Part shown: positions 25,886 through 38,290 of the stretch, piece by piece | How the letters are laid out: each line of letters starts with the position of its first letter | How positions within the stretch are numbered: position 1 is the first letter of the stretch | From: Octopus bimaculoides | Taxonomy: Eukaryota | Assembly (NCBI RefSeq): GCF_001194135.2 | Contig: NC_069003.1 | Span: 3,524,951-3,588,950 of the forward strand | Length of the DNA stretch: 64,000 nucleotides | Direction: 5' to 3' | Made by a program: the position numbers and the translations under genes | The notes under the pieces: model-generated | Databases searched by the model: none | What the model was told of the DNA's origin: nothing | What the model saw: the letters and a program-made list of their open reading frames with translations, nothing else

Positions 25886-26282
25886 GTCCCTCTTGACCAT
25901 CTATTTATTCTTGTGGCTTATTTATGCGATTGTTTTTTTTTTCTTAATATTTTTCTTGTTATATTTCACTGAAACTTCTTGAAAATATTTAATTTTTAAT
26001 GACACTCTATGATGAATGGATATTATTGGAGTTCAACGATATACTAAACTTCTCATTCTGTTTATTTACAATGCGTGGGCGTTTGCCTGACTCATGAGTC
26101 CACAGTTTTGCATGAAAATTCTGTCCGCTTTAAGGACATTTATCTACCCAACAACCATTACATTACGGGTACGTAAGCACACCAACATAGATTGTTAAGA
26201 GGTGGTAGGTGACAAACACATACCCAAACACATCCACGCTCGTACCCCCCCCCCACACACACACATACTCATATAAGCAAGC

Positions 26283-26450
26283 GATGGGCTTCTTTCAGTT
26301 TCCGTCTGCCACATCTGCTGAGAAGGCTTTGATAACGGGCCCGAGATCTATAGTAAAAGACGCCAGCCTAAGATGCCACACAGCCGGGCTGAACCCGGAA
26401 CCATATACTTGAAAACAAGGCTTGTCACCACAGGGCCACGCCTACGCCTA
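26283..26450 (-). mobile_element. Family-B SINE 5' half
   Basis: gggcttctttcagtttccgtct...gctgaacccggaaccat...gccacgcctacgcc. Confidence 0.8.
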
Positions 26451-26768
26451 TAAATATGCTGTGAGGCCACCACTGTAAGATTCCCATAATCCCCATCACC
26501 TATCTTCTGATTGGGGTATAAAAAAAAAACAACAATAAATTCTGGATTTTACGACCAATCATTCGTTTATCGCAAAATAGTTAAACGTTTGTTTCGACGG
26601 CAGCATAAATAGAATTAAATGACATAAAATATCCAGGAATTGGCAAATGACGGAGGCATTCATTAAATATATTCATGACACAATCGATTAAAGAAAGGAA
26701 CGCTGAGAAATATCATCACCATTATTATCATCATATTCAAAATCATCACCGCTGTCTTCAGTAGAACT

Positions 26769-26850
26769 ACTACTACTACCACCACTATTACTACTACCAC
26801 CATCACCACACTACTACTACCACCACTATTACTACTACCACCATCACCAC
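26769..26850 (+). repeat. Exact 41-bp tandem duplication within (ACT/ACC)n
   Basis: actactactaccaccactattactactaccaccatcaccac x2. Confidence 0.8.
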
Positions 26851-26984
26851 ACTACTACCACCACCATTTCTTACTGAGATACAGTCGGGATTTTATTAAG
26901 GAAAACACCTGAAAGACAATAAACCGCAGTAGAAACCCGCTGCAAAATAGGTCATCTTAATTGCGGCCAACTGTAATATATTGC

Positions 26985-27197
26985 TTCCAAATTTTGGTAC
27001 AAGGCCAACAGTTTGAAGGTGATGGGTACGTCGATCACATCGACCCCAGCGCTCAGTAAGTACTTATTTTCTCCCCCTCCCCATGAAAGGATGAGTCATC
27101 CTCGGAGGAGTTCGAACTCAGAACGTAAGGACGACGAACGAAATGCCGCTAAGCACGTTGCCCGGCGTGCTAACGATTCTGCCAGCTGATCGCCCTA
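26985..27197 (-). mobile_element. Family-A SINE
   Basis: gtcgatcacatcgacccc...gttcgaactcagaacgta...ccggcgtgctaacgattctgccagct. Confidence 0.8.
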
Positions 27198-28749
27198 TTC
27201 ACTGAAATATATGAACGGGCCTTTCTGCGAGCAACGAGTCGCAGTGAGAGATTTATTTGGGATATAGAGGGTGAAGGTGCTCTACTCGACACAGCCAGTA
27301 GCTTCCCACCGATTTGTGGTTGAGAACCCAAAATATTGTTCATATATTCTTCTATTTAATGATGTCTTTTAATTAGTGTGTTTTAATTATTGTTTGTTGT
27401 TAGTACACATTTAAAAAAATCACTTTATGTGTAATTCCACGCGGATGTTATTTTTAACTAGCTCCACTTTAATTCTATAATATTTCCGCCAATTCTCATG
27501 TCTTTCAATTCACTTGCCTGTCCCACAAAATTCTAAGTTCTCTGCTAATGTCTCGTTTTCTGGCTAAAATAAAAAAAATCTTTTTCCACTTCTTCTTCAT
27601 CCACTTCTTCTTCTTCTTCTTCTTCTTCCTCCTCCTCTTCTTCCTCATCCTCTTTCTCCTTCCCTTCTTCGTTATTATTATTATTATTGATGTTGTTGTC
27701 GCTGTTGTTGTTAAGATTGTCACTGCCGACCCAGTCGGTCGTATTTCTGATTCGTTAGCTGGAGTGAAATAGCGCTGCTGAACTATATAAATTTGTTCAT
27801 TGTCAATTGTTGCTCCATGAAATTGTGTTCTATTGAACCTTCTGGCAAACTGATTCCAAAACTTGGGAGTCCAAACAGGTTTTAGACAAAACATCATATG
27901 TTTCTTTTTTGTTTTTTGCAGACAATTTGTTTTTTTTTTATACTTGCTTGCTGTCTGCAGCCAGAAAGAATGGTTACGAAGTTTCTGAGTCACAATACCA
28001 TCTCACTCCGTACAAAATAAATATGAAATAAACAAATTAAAACACTTCACGAAAATAGAAGATTTGATATTAACATATGAATGTTGAACATAATCAACGA
28101 AAAATAATATTTTACAAACCCAAAACTGCGTGTTTGAACAAACCAAGTGAAAATATTTACAACAACAGTATTGTCGCGTTCGTGTACTCTCTGTTAAACA
28201 AATAAAAATCCATTTTTGTCATGGAATCAGTATCAGAGGCTAGCGTACAAAACAGCATCAGTTTCGCGAATTTGAATAATTTCACCAAAAAAATGTCTTA
28301 GATTGTGATCTTGACCCGATCTAGGAAAACTCTATCAAGGTCATGTATCTCTACTTCAATTTTTTTATTGCATTTTTCTCATGCTGGAAAGCAAGAAATT
28401 GAGCCGAAATATATTTCTAAAATATTTAGGTGAAGCAAAGGGGCAAAATATTAAAATGCATGTACAGCACAAACAGAACAGCATTCCTCCTAGAAAGACA
28501 GCTAATAAGAAAAGAAGTTTAACACTGCAGTTGATTGTACCTTTGAAGGAAAATCGCAACTTCTTTCAATTACAAAAAAGAAAAAAGAAAATAGTATTGC
28601 TACAAGCTGGGCATATGCATATTAAGAAATAAAGTAATAAATTCAAACAATACAATAACAGTAAAATAAGCATGTTTAGAAATAAAATAATACAATAACA
28701 ATGAAATGAGCATATTCAAAAATATGACTAATAAGTGAGCCATAGATTC

Positions 28750-29050
28750 TTACTATGTGAGCCAGTCTTGCTTGCTCCAGTTAATTCGGTTGCCAAAGAT
28801 CTCACAGCCTCTCTCTCTACTAATCCTAAGAATTAGTGCTAAAACGTTAAGGTCGTGGAAGATAATTAACACCCAAGCACCAATATCAAACTCTTCACTG
28901 TCCTCACTACAGCAGATTTTTGAGCATTTCTATTCTCTGGCATATTTTTCGAACTTGGTTTTTAGTGCTCCTAGTAACTCTACAACTACTGGGATACCAA
29001 TTCCTCTTTTCATCACCCACATCCTCGCAATTTTGCCTTTTAGTAACTAA
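28750..29050 (-). mobile_element. 3' fragment of an RLE-type (R4/Dong/Hero-like) non-LTR retrotransposon, frameshifted
   Basis: Minus-strand translation LLKGKIARMWVMKRGIGIPVVVELLGALKTKFEKYARE, then in a shifted frame NRNAQKSAVVRTVKSLILVLGC* (stop 28868-28866). This resembles the conserved RLE tail L..EI.R.W....V..IP.V.G.LG...K....Y....QK.A..GT..IL..VL. Clade assignment is from recalled motifs. Confidence 0.7.
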
Positions 29051-30720
29051 GTAACGATCATTATTGTTGTTGTTGTAATTGCTGCTGGTGTTGGTTGTGG
29101 TGGTGTTACTCGGTCTAGAAGGTACATATGCACTCGGTCCGAATAACTGATAAAAATGATTTGGTTTTCAAACTATGAATTATCTGTGAATCAAAGAATA
29201 TTCTATCGGGGTTGATTGTCACATTCGGTGACAGGGCTCATTGGTTCGTTCTTTTTAACGACTTTTCCGTTTTCTTTTTCGCTTCGTATTATCAATTTTC
29301 TAAACGTGCTTCCTCGAAATAAAATGGCCGACAACGTCCACAAGACAAGCAAAAATACAAGGCGCCACTATTTACAGACGGAATGCAAATAGAAGATAAC
29401 TTAAGATACAGGAATATTCCGAAAGAGGAAAACGTGAAATGTTCTCCGAAGAGAAAGAAAAAAAATATTCAGAAAACTTTGAAACATATGACAAATGCTA
29501 ACATCACCAGAAACAACATAAACTACAACAACTGAAACAACAACAAAAACATCAACGTACGACAGCAGATAGAAATAATCCTAATACTTATACAGATGGT
29601 TTGCAAAAGAACGCGGAAAAATATGGCGTTAATTATGTTAATAAAATCTCAGAGGAATGCGGTAACATCTTAAACAACAATAACAACAAAAACAACAGGA
29701 ACAACAGCAGCAACATCAACTACAACAACAATACAGTGATGGACCTTGCGTTAACGCACTCACTCACACACAAAACCCGCGCAGAATGTAAGAACGCTAA
29801 TGAAAACTTTTTGAATAGCGTCACAATGTTTGACGACCATGAGATCGAAACAAATGCTTAATCGTCAGACGTGGTTCGATCCTCATTGAGACGGCGTATC
29901 AGAATCGTGTAGTCGTGAAAAATGACGTTCGCCGACGTTTTTCTCGGACGGGCACCGTTCTGTACGAGTTATTTTACTTGGATGTCCGTAGATGTTTATG
30001 ACAGGCCGTACGAAGGCAGAGGTCTTAAAGAATTAACAAACAAAACATGAGACATATCTCACCGGAAGTTACCTCTACAAATGCCATTACCTCCCAACGC
30101 ATATTTTTTAACGTACATGACATGTATTTCTCGAAACCCTCGACAATCCGTATTTGACCCCTCCTGACTTCCTTCGTTTCTTACACTACCTGTAAGTTTT
30201 GGGCTGAATCGTGGTGTTGACAGTTCGAGTTGGTGAATGAAAAGGAGTTTCTTAGACAGTCTGTAAACGAAACTGAAGCACGCCCGCAAACATGTTACAA
30301 AAGATTTTATCATCGCACATTAAGGCATCCTACGTTGGACTTTTACAGATAAGAACACCAATAATTGCATATTGGAAAAGTGATACTACTTAGTGTTTAC
30401 GCTAAGTTATCGATACAGCAGCCTGTGCATTGCCCAACATAACTGGAGCAATTGTGCTATATTCGTGGCGACGGAGGTTCCATCCATCTACTTTAGCCGC
30501 CTTCCTGAGTCGTCTGCCTTCTAAGAATGTCCACCGAACGAGTTTTACAGAGGTACGGTTATCACATTCTAGAATGTTCAAGAAAACCTGTCCATGACAT
30601 CGCTAAGAGCGGATTGGTCATTTGATGAGCAGATCACGTGAAACTCTAGTGGTTTGTTGGTGATGTCCGACAGTATATACAGGGATTCGGTTTCCAATCA
30701 CCATTACATATTCCATCTAG

Positions 30721-30857
30721 AAATGCAGATTTCAATCTATGGCAGAGGCTCCGTATAACTCTAGAAAAAACTGCGTACAATTCCGGAATGAAATGTGGGT
30801 GGTGTATGGAGAGATTTGTGCGAGTATTTTGAAGGAGAAAAGAAGTCTGAATAAATT
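30721..30857 (+). other. Candidate exon (KCRFQSMAEAPYNSRKNCVQFRNEMWVVYGEICASILKEKRSLNK-)
   Basis: Acceptor ttccatctag ending 30720, donor GTAAGT at 30858, phase-0 frame open for 137 nt. No recognised homolog. Confidence 0.2.
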
Positions 30858-31090
30858 GTAAGTAAAGCAATAAATTTGTTTTTTAATAATTAGTTTTGTT
30901 TTTCTTTGGCCTAGCCATATATTGAATATTGAAGAGTGTTGTTAAATGAAACGCTTGAGTGGTCACTGAAATGTTTTAGGAGACTAATAAAATATACACA
31001 CGCATACACACAGATATATATATATACATATACACACACACACACATAGATATATATGATTATATCAACTGTCTAAATCTATCTGATCAT

Positions 31091-31129
<39 letters not shown>

Positions 31130-31572
31130 NNNNNNNNNNNNNNNNNNNNNNNNNNNNNNNNNNNNNNNNNNNNNNNNNNNNNNNNNNNNNNNNNNNNNNN
31201 NNNNNNNNNNNNNNNNNNNNNNNNNNNNNNNNNNNNNNNNNNNNNNNNNNNNNNNNNNNNNNNNNNNNNNNNNNNNNNNNNNNNNNNNNNNNNNNNNNNN
31301 NNNNNNNNNNNNNNNNNNNNNNNNNNNNNNNTGTGTGTGTGTGTGTTTCTTTGTGCGTGTCTGTGTGTGCGTGCGTGCGCTAGTGCGTGCGTGTGTGTGT
31401 TATTGTATGTGTGTGTGCAAAAAAAAAGCAGTGAAAGTGATTTTTCTTATCTTCATCAGAGAAATAGGAGTGTTAACACAGTCTCAGTTATATATCGCTA
31501 ATTACTTAATAAAGCTGGAACATGAAATTGTGACAGCGTTCAGATAGCTGAAGTAGGAAGAGAAAGAGGGGG

Positions 31573-31618
<46 letters not shown>

Positions 31619-31788
31619 NNNNNNNNNNNNNNNNNNNNNNNNNNNNNNNNNNNNNNNNNNNNNNNNNNNNNNNNNNNNNNNNNNNNNNNNNNNNNNNNNN
31701 NNNNNNNNNNNNNNNNNNNNNNNNNNNNNNNNNNNNNNNNNNNNNNNNNNNNNNNNNNNNNNNNNNNNNNNNNNNNNNAGAGAGAGAA

Positions 31789-31860
<72 letters not shown>

Positions 31861-32289
31861 GGAGCCGAGTGAAAGAGGAACAAAGACGACCATATAGACA
31901 TACACAGAACGAAAAAGTGAAAACGCTAATAATTTTCTGGCTGTGTTTACTATTAGCAACAACGTCGACGACAACCACAACAACAATAAATACACGAGAA
32001 ATTCATGTTTTTGCGCGTGAGTTTGGTTCAATAAGAGTAAATTGATTGTGACAGAGTTTTGCAAAAGTAATCATTTGTTTATGATGTTGTTATGTAAAAT
32101 AATTAGCTAAAAATATTATGTTGATAAAAGGGAATCGTGTTGGCTGCTTCGATTACCGAAAACGAACTGATGGCTAAATTCAGTTATCTTCTGTCCGCAG
32201 TGCCACCGTGTTGCTTTAGCCAGGTGTAAAATCACCATGTTACACGCGCACGCGCATATATATACGCATACGTACATACATACATATAT

Positions 32290-32450
32290 ATAGTTCGAAG
32301 TTATAGAAAAACAAAGACGAAGACAGGTGTAGGAACAACAAGCAATTATATTAGTTTGACGCTCGGGAAAAATGGAAGAGTATTTTACGTCTCGAGCCTA
32401 CACTCTTCGTCAGCAAAGAAGAAGAGGAAATAAATAGAGAGAGAATAAAA
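32290..32450 (-). mobile_element. Penelope-like (pLTR-type) remnant with degenerate hammerhead-like core
   Basis: Reverse complement of 32387-32413 is CTGACGA-A-GAGT-GTAG-GCTC-GAGACGT: conserved box, stem II and a GAAAC>GAGAC variant. The Penelope link is inferred from the motif. Confidence 0.5.
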
Positions 32451-32511
32451 AGAACTTTTGTTGAGTTCAGAGGTCCAACATGGCAAATACACACAGACAC
32501 ACGCACCCCCA

Positions 32512-32577
<66 letters not shown>

Positions 32578-33809
32578 AATTTTGTCTATCTTCACCTGGT
32601 ATTTACGGTGAGAATCACCTTTGTATTTATCGTAATTCTCGATAACGGGACCTCGTTGAAGTTTTCTTCTGTATAAAGAAGACTGCAAATTCAACGTCTT
32701 CACGTATCTGGTCTGGTATATATATAATTTTTATCTCTTCTTCCACGTATTCACACATTCTTCTACTTTTTATATATATATATATAAACCTCCAAACAAA
32801 TTGTAGACTCTCCTTGAAATATATTACATATGTCAAGCCCCTGTGGCTAATAACAGACATAATTACTATTGTTGTTCTTTCATCTATATCGAGTTTTAAA
32901 AATTACGTACCATTCCAGTACGAGAATCAAATTTGCTGGCATTGTGCTTTTATTAGAAGCAATTTTAGGTTCACCAAAATTCTGTGAGTGTATTCTGGTC
33001 TTCCATTCTTTTACAATATCAAACAAATAATGTTTTATATCCTGAAGCACCGGCACATTCAAATGTTGTGAGGAGCTGTTCTGTCTTATGTAAAAACATT
33101 GTCCTTAAGCTTATTAAAATACTTCGGTTTACTTCAAGAAGAAAATTTTGTTTAAACCTGCGCAAGAGAGAGAGAACTGTATTATTTCTGCTATATTTTA
33201 GTAAAATTTTTAAGCATTTTTTCTTTACTTCAATTTATCTTCGTTTTTCAAACAGATATTAGCTTATATCCTAAGGCTACGAAATATTAAAAAATTGTAG
33301 TTTTCTATTTCGCAATGTATCATCCTTGCTTGCTCTGGTTCATGTAGTTTCTTTTATTCAAAGAAAGAAAGAAAAAATGTTCCAACCTTCAGGCTACAAT
33401 TTATTCGACTATTCAAAATATTTCTCTTCTATTACTTGTTTGCCACCTATTTCGTTACATAGGAACGAATTAAGTGGCAATATTGCCAAACTGATACTGG
33501 CTGGACATGTATATCGTGGAAGAGAGGGGAAATCTTCTAGAAAGAAAGGCTACTGTTTCGTTTTACTTCATCTCAATCAAGAAATAAATTGAGATTTCGT
33601 GGAAAGCAATTGTATGTTTGCTTCTATTTAACTATCTTGGCAATAACAAAAATTCTGTGTTGGCAAATATAGCAACAGATTTCACAGTAAACGTTTCAGC
33701 GCAACTTATGTAAGACTCGTGCATTTGACAGGTGCAATTACAGTTGCACGAAGGCCATTCAACTTCTTGCCAAATGATTCGGCGTCTAACAATACATTAA
33801 AATCATTAC

Positions 33810-33914
33810 CTTTTAGATACGTGCTGCTTTCTCTCTCTGCATCTACCGTTGAAATTACAACGGCGACTCGTGCCAACAATAGACAAAATCCTCAAGTGGT
33901 CGCTTCGCGATCCA
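33810..33914 (-). other. Candidate 105-nt exon
   Basis: Minus strand ttgactgctattttcag acceptor and aag|gtaatg donor. One stop-free frame (GSRSDHLRILSIVGTSRRCNFNGRCRERKQHVSK). No recognised homolog. Confidence 0.2.
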
Positions 33915-35019
33915 CTGAAAATAGCAGTCAAGTAAATCTTAAATTTCAAATCAATCACTTGACTACATATAAACTGATACTCCGATGGGGATGAAGTTTG
34001 AAAATTAAAGCGAAGTCTTAACGATTTAAGGATTTACTTATTCAGATTTAGCCTAAGCTTAACAAAAACTACAGTAAAAACAATAGCACATGCTAACGAG
34101 TGAACCAGTGGTGGCTATGGGATCTACAAGAAATAGCAGATGAAATCACATGAAATTAACGCCATACCCTCTGAAAATATAAGATAAGATACAATTTGAT
34201 TAGTTGGAGAGAACGAAAGGTCAAGGCCGATATGACTTGGATAAGCTATTGATCTGATTTACTCCAATTGAGCGGTGGCTAAAAACTGTAAAGTCGTATC
34301 CGAAAGAAATCGATTCGGATTTCATGTAATTCTGGAATAATTCATTAGCATGACTAATTAACACACACACCGGTTCGATTTCCATTCATTTACTTATTTA
34401 TTTGTTTCTAAAATTTTCCTTGCTCCTTGCAAACTCTTCAGTAATCATTGACCCTGTCCACTATCGCCGATTTGTCTGCGAGGCCTTGCCTTTCTATAAA
34501 TGTCTGCTTCGGTGCTGGAGTGCGATTTTATACATTCAAACAGCGTGGGTGTTAATGTATCCGTTCGTGTGTGTGTAAATATGTTACGTATATGTCGGAA
34601 TATGAAGCAGGGTGAGAGAGACACAAGGACGGGGGGGGGGAGAAGGCTGCAGAGATAGAAAAGAAGGGGGTGAAAAATGAGTTTAACTTTACGGCGTGTA
34701 TATACTGTAAATGATGATGAATACGCGCATGTATGTATATATATATGTATATATGTGTGTGTGTGTTTAAGCACATGTATATAACAGAACCAGGGAGTGT
34801 GAGACGGAGAGTCGAGGGGGCAGAGGTGGAACGGAAGAACAAAAGAAAGAGAGACAGAGAAATGAATTGTGTAGTTTGATATTATAATTAATGAATGGTT
34901 TGGAGATATCGGTGCTATATATATACAAGGTCGTATGATAATAAATCATACATTTGCTGTATGAGGTGAAGGTGCGGAGAAAGCCGACCGATATCATGAT
35001 TTATATGAAGCGGATGACT

Positions 35020-35400
35020 TTCAACGGACGTTTGATGATGATGATGACGTCGACGACGACGATGGTGATGATGGTGACGATGGTGGGNNNNNNNNNNCGA
35101 CGACGATGGTGATGATGGTGACGATGGTGGGAGCGGTAGTAGTGGGGGTGATAATGATCATGATGATGATGATGATGATGACGATCTTGACGATGTTCGG
35201 AGAGGTTGTAGTGGGGATGATGATGATGATGATGATAGTAACAATGATTATGATGATGAAGTGGATGATGATGTTAATAATAATAACGGTGATAATGATG
35301 TTGATTTTGGTGATGACGATGACGACGATGCTGCTGCTGATGATGAGGATAATGACAACGGTGATGACGATGATGAAGAGGAGGTGACGGAGGAGACGAT
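35020..35400. repeat. Degenerate (GAT/GAC/GGT)n trinucleotide repeat
   Basis: Direct inspection; source of the poly-M/V/I ORFs. Confidence 0.9.
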
Positions 35401-35994
35401 CGACATTGAGTGCATACAGCATGTTGGGTTAATAGGTTAAATGATTAATTTATCGACTGAAGGAAAATCAATCCATTGTGTGATTAGAGTTCTTAACACC
35501 GGGAGACCTGTAGGTTCAGAAGCTTCCACGATGACAAAAACTCGAAAAAAGACAAAAACAAAAGATAGGAGTAAAAACAGAAAAGAAAACTAAAACAAAA
35601 AATAGAGAAAGAAAACAGAAACACCAAAAGCATAACAAAAAGAAGATGCAAAATTCGGCATTTGTTGAAAGTAAAACTAATTCTATATCGAAATGTAGAG
35701 GACCAAAGCACTTCTGAGATCAACAATCCTGCCATAGGAAGGTGGCAAGTTAGAGGACAATGTGTAACGGAAGGATATCTATATAAAGACGAACAGGGTT
35801 TTCGCTTTACAAGCGTACTGGATACTCTTGTCGATTCAAAAAACGGAGGTTCTAGAAGACACGGCTGAATGGTTTTTCCTTAGTTCCACTGCTCGTGTGA
35901 GAAAACAAAAAAACACAAGACAAACAAAAATTATGATGCTAATCCTGCTCTTGTCTTCATTTAGTGAAAACCCTGCGCGATTATTAATTATTAT

Positions 35995-36860
35995 TAAGGC
36001 GACGAGCTGGCAGAATTGTTAGCACGCCGGGCGAAATGTTTAACGGTATTTCGTCTGTCTTTTCGTTTCGAGTTCAAATCCCGCCGAAGTCGACTTTGCT
36101 TTTCATCCTTTCGAAGTCGATGAATTAAGTACCAGTTGCGTACTGGTCTCGATCTAATCGACTGGCCCCCTCCACAAAAATTCCAGGTCTTGTGCCTAGA
36201 GTAGAAAAGAAAAGAATTGATAGGACGCCGGGCACAATGCTTAGCAGCATTTCTGAGTTCGAATTCCATCGGAAGCGGCTTCGCCTTTCATCATTTTGGG
36301 GGGTCGATACAGTAAATAACAGTTGAGTAATGGGGCCAATGTAATCGATGAAAAATCTCTTACGAACTTGCTGGCCTTGTGTCATAATTTGAAACCATTT
36401 TATTATTAGAAGGTGGAAAGCTAGCAGAATCGTTGCTACGCATGTGAAAATTCTCAGCGGCATTTCGTCTGTCTTTACGTCCTGAGTTCAAATTCCACCG
36501 AAGTCGACTTTGCCTTTCATCTTTCGGGGTCCCTGTAATTAGTACTTGATACGTACCAGGATCGATACAATCGACTCGTCTCCTCCCACAAAATTTTAGG
36601 GCTTGTGCCTTCAGTGGAGAAGGGTTATTATTATTACAAAGGCCGCGTTGTAGCGAATTCGATAGGACGTTGATGAAAGGCTAACCGGGATTTCTTCCGG
36701 TACTTTATCTCCAGAATTTAAATTTCACCGAGGACATCTATGCCTTTTCCCCTTCGGTGAAATACAGACTAGTTGTGCACTGGGGTGCATGGAAATAGCT
36801 ACACCATTTGCTCAACAAAGGGGAAAAAAATTCAGGCCTTGTAGCAAATGTGGAAAGGCT
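35995..36860 (+). mobile_element. Head-to-tail array of four family-A SINEs
   Basis: Units start near 35995, 36225, 36408 and 36640. Each has gagttcRaattcc.cc..gtcgactt(t)gcYtttcatc and ends in ggYcttgtgcct or ggccttgt. Confidence 0.85.
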
Positions 36861-36930
36861 TCTTCTTCTTCTTCCTTTTCTTCTTCGTTTCCTTCTTTTT
36901 CTTCTTCTTCTGCTTATTATTATTATTATT

Positions 36931-37333
36931 AATAGGAAATTGAGAGTGGAGTGGGAAGTGCTGTCCTCGAGTGAGTTTCTCGAAAGGTGGGTGAGAGTTG
37001 CGAATATGGCAACAGTGGTTGGTACCTCTATCAGTGTAGACATGCGAGTCGGAGAGAAGAAATTAGAGAGTGCACTTGCTCTTTGTGCTCAGAGAAATCT
37101 CAGACAGTAGAGTTCCTCCATTATCCCTGTATATGTAGGGCTACATCTATCACCCCATTTTCTTTTTTTAACCTTTGTTTTCTATCTATATCTCCCTTCT
37201 TTTCCATCGTATACTGTGTATACATACCTTCTGTTTTTTTTCTATCATTTCATTAAATGTAAGACCCTACACATTTTGATTGTCTTTGTATTGTCCCCCT
37301 TATACTTCACCCCGGTGGCAAATATCATCATCA

Positions 37334-37367
<34 letters not shown>

Positions 37368-37370
37368 CAT
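36931..37370 (+). mobile_element. 5'-truncated Tx1/L1-like LINE 3' end with 3' UTR and (ATC/ATT)n tail
   Basis: Frame NRKLRVEWEVLSSSEFLERWVRVANMATVVGTSISVDM (36931-37044) resembles the Tx1/L1 ORF2 C-terminal tail. It is followed by a T-rich UTR ending ttgtcccccttatacttcaccccggtggcaaat and a tail at 37324-37370. Confidence 0.65.
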
Positions 37371-37665
37371 TGACGTTGCTGCTGTTTTTGCTAATAGTTT
37401 GCGATATAATCCTTCCTGTATTTTTTTTCTTTTTCTTCTCAGCAAAGATCATATAACAACTGCGTGTTTTGTCATTTATCCCTTATATAATTCCGATTAA
37501 GGTCGATCACATTCACGAAAGATACGGAGATAAAGCGATTAAACAGTTCTCATTGGTGTGTTTGTAGCATTAGTGAACTGCAGCGAATATATAAAAGCTA
37601 TTTCGACCGCTCACAATATATCGATTGATGGGGCAGAAATTAATTGGATAAAATGATACGCCATC

Positions 37666-37706
<41 letters not shown>

Positions 37707-37740
37707 CACATNNNNNNNNNNCACACATACAAATTACATG

Positions 37741-37773
<33 letters not shown>

Positions 37774-37793
37774 ATTCATGTATATATACATAC

Positions 37794-37836
<43 letters not shown>

Positions 37837-38029
37837 TGTATATATTAGATAGCATGTGTATATACATATATATATAAATATAAACGTATGTATGTAATCA
37901 CACTTAAACACGCACACTCACATATGTAAGTACTTATACACTGTAACAAGATACTCTTTTCTATATTTGTGCGTGTGAGTTTGTTCTATGTGTGCGTGCG
38001 TGCGTGTGCTTGTAAAGATATTTTGATAG

Positions 38030-38098
38030 GATGATCCAAAACGTGTCCGCAGATTACTTTGGTCACTCAAAACGTCGTTTCATTGGAGATACAAATTG
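38030..38098 (+). other. Candidate 69-nt exon
   Basis: Acceptor ttttgatag, donor ttg|GTATGT. Two stop-free frames: DDPKRVRRLLWSLKTSFHWRYKL (phase 0) and MIQNVSADYFGHSKRRFIGDTN (phase 2). The pyrimidine tract is short. Confidence 0.22.
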
Positions 38099-38290
38099 GT
38101 ATGTCCGATATCTGCTCTGATCCCGCACCTTTCGTCCATTAACAGGTTTTGATGTATCGAATTAGTCGTGTAATTCATAAAAGAATTGTATTTCACGTTT
38201 TGAAACATGATAAAAATCTGTTGAAAGCGTGGTAGTGGTTTCATGATGTAGCGATCTTAGGATAAACAAAGACATATATATATCATGTAA

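Noticed and set aside
27505-27993. 162-aa minus ORF with a basic K/R tail (alternative frame poly-N/E)
   Set aside because: Driven by (TTC)n/(ATT)n/(GTT)n repeats. The acidic frame is closed by an upstream stop and no homolog is recognised.
35662-35868. 68-aa plus ORF (EDQSTSEINNPAIGRWQVRGQCVTEGYLYKDEQGFRF...)
   Set aside because: Short, TTG-initiated, weak splice signals and no recognisable domain. Length is within chance expectation.
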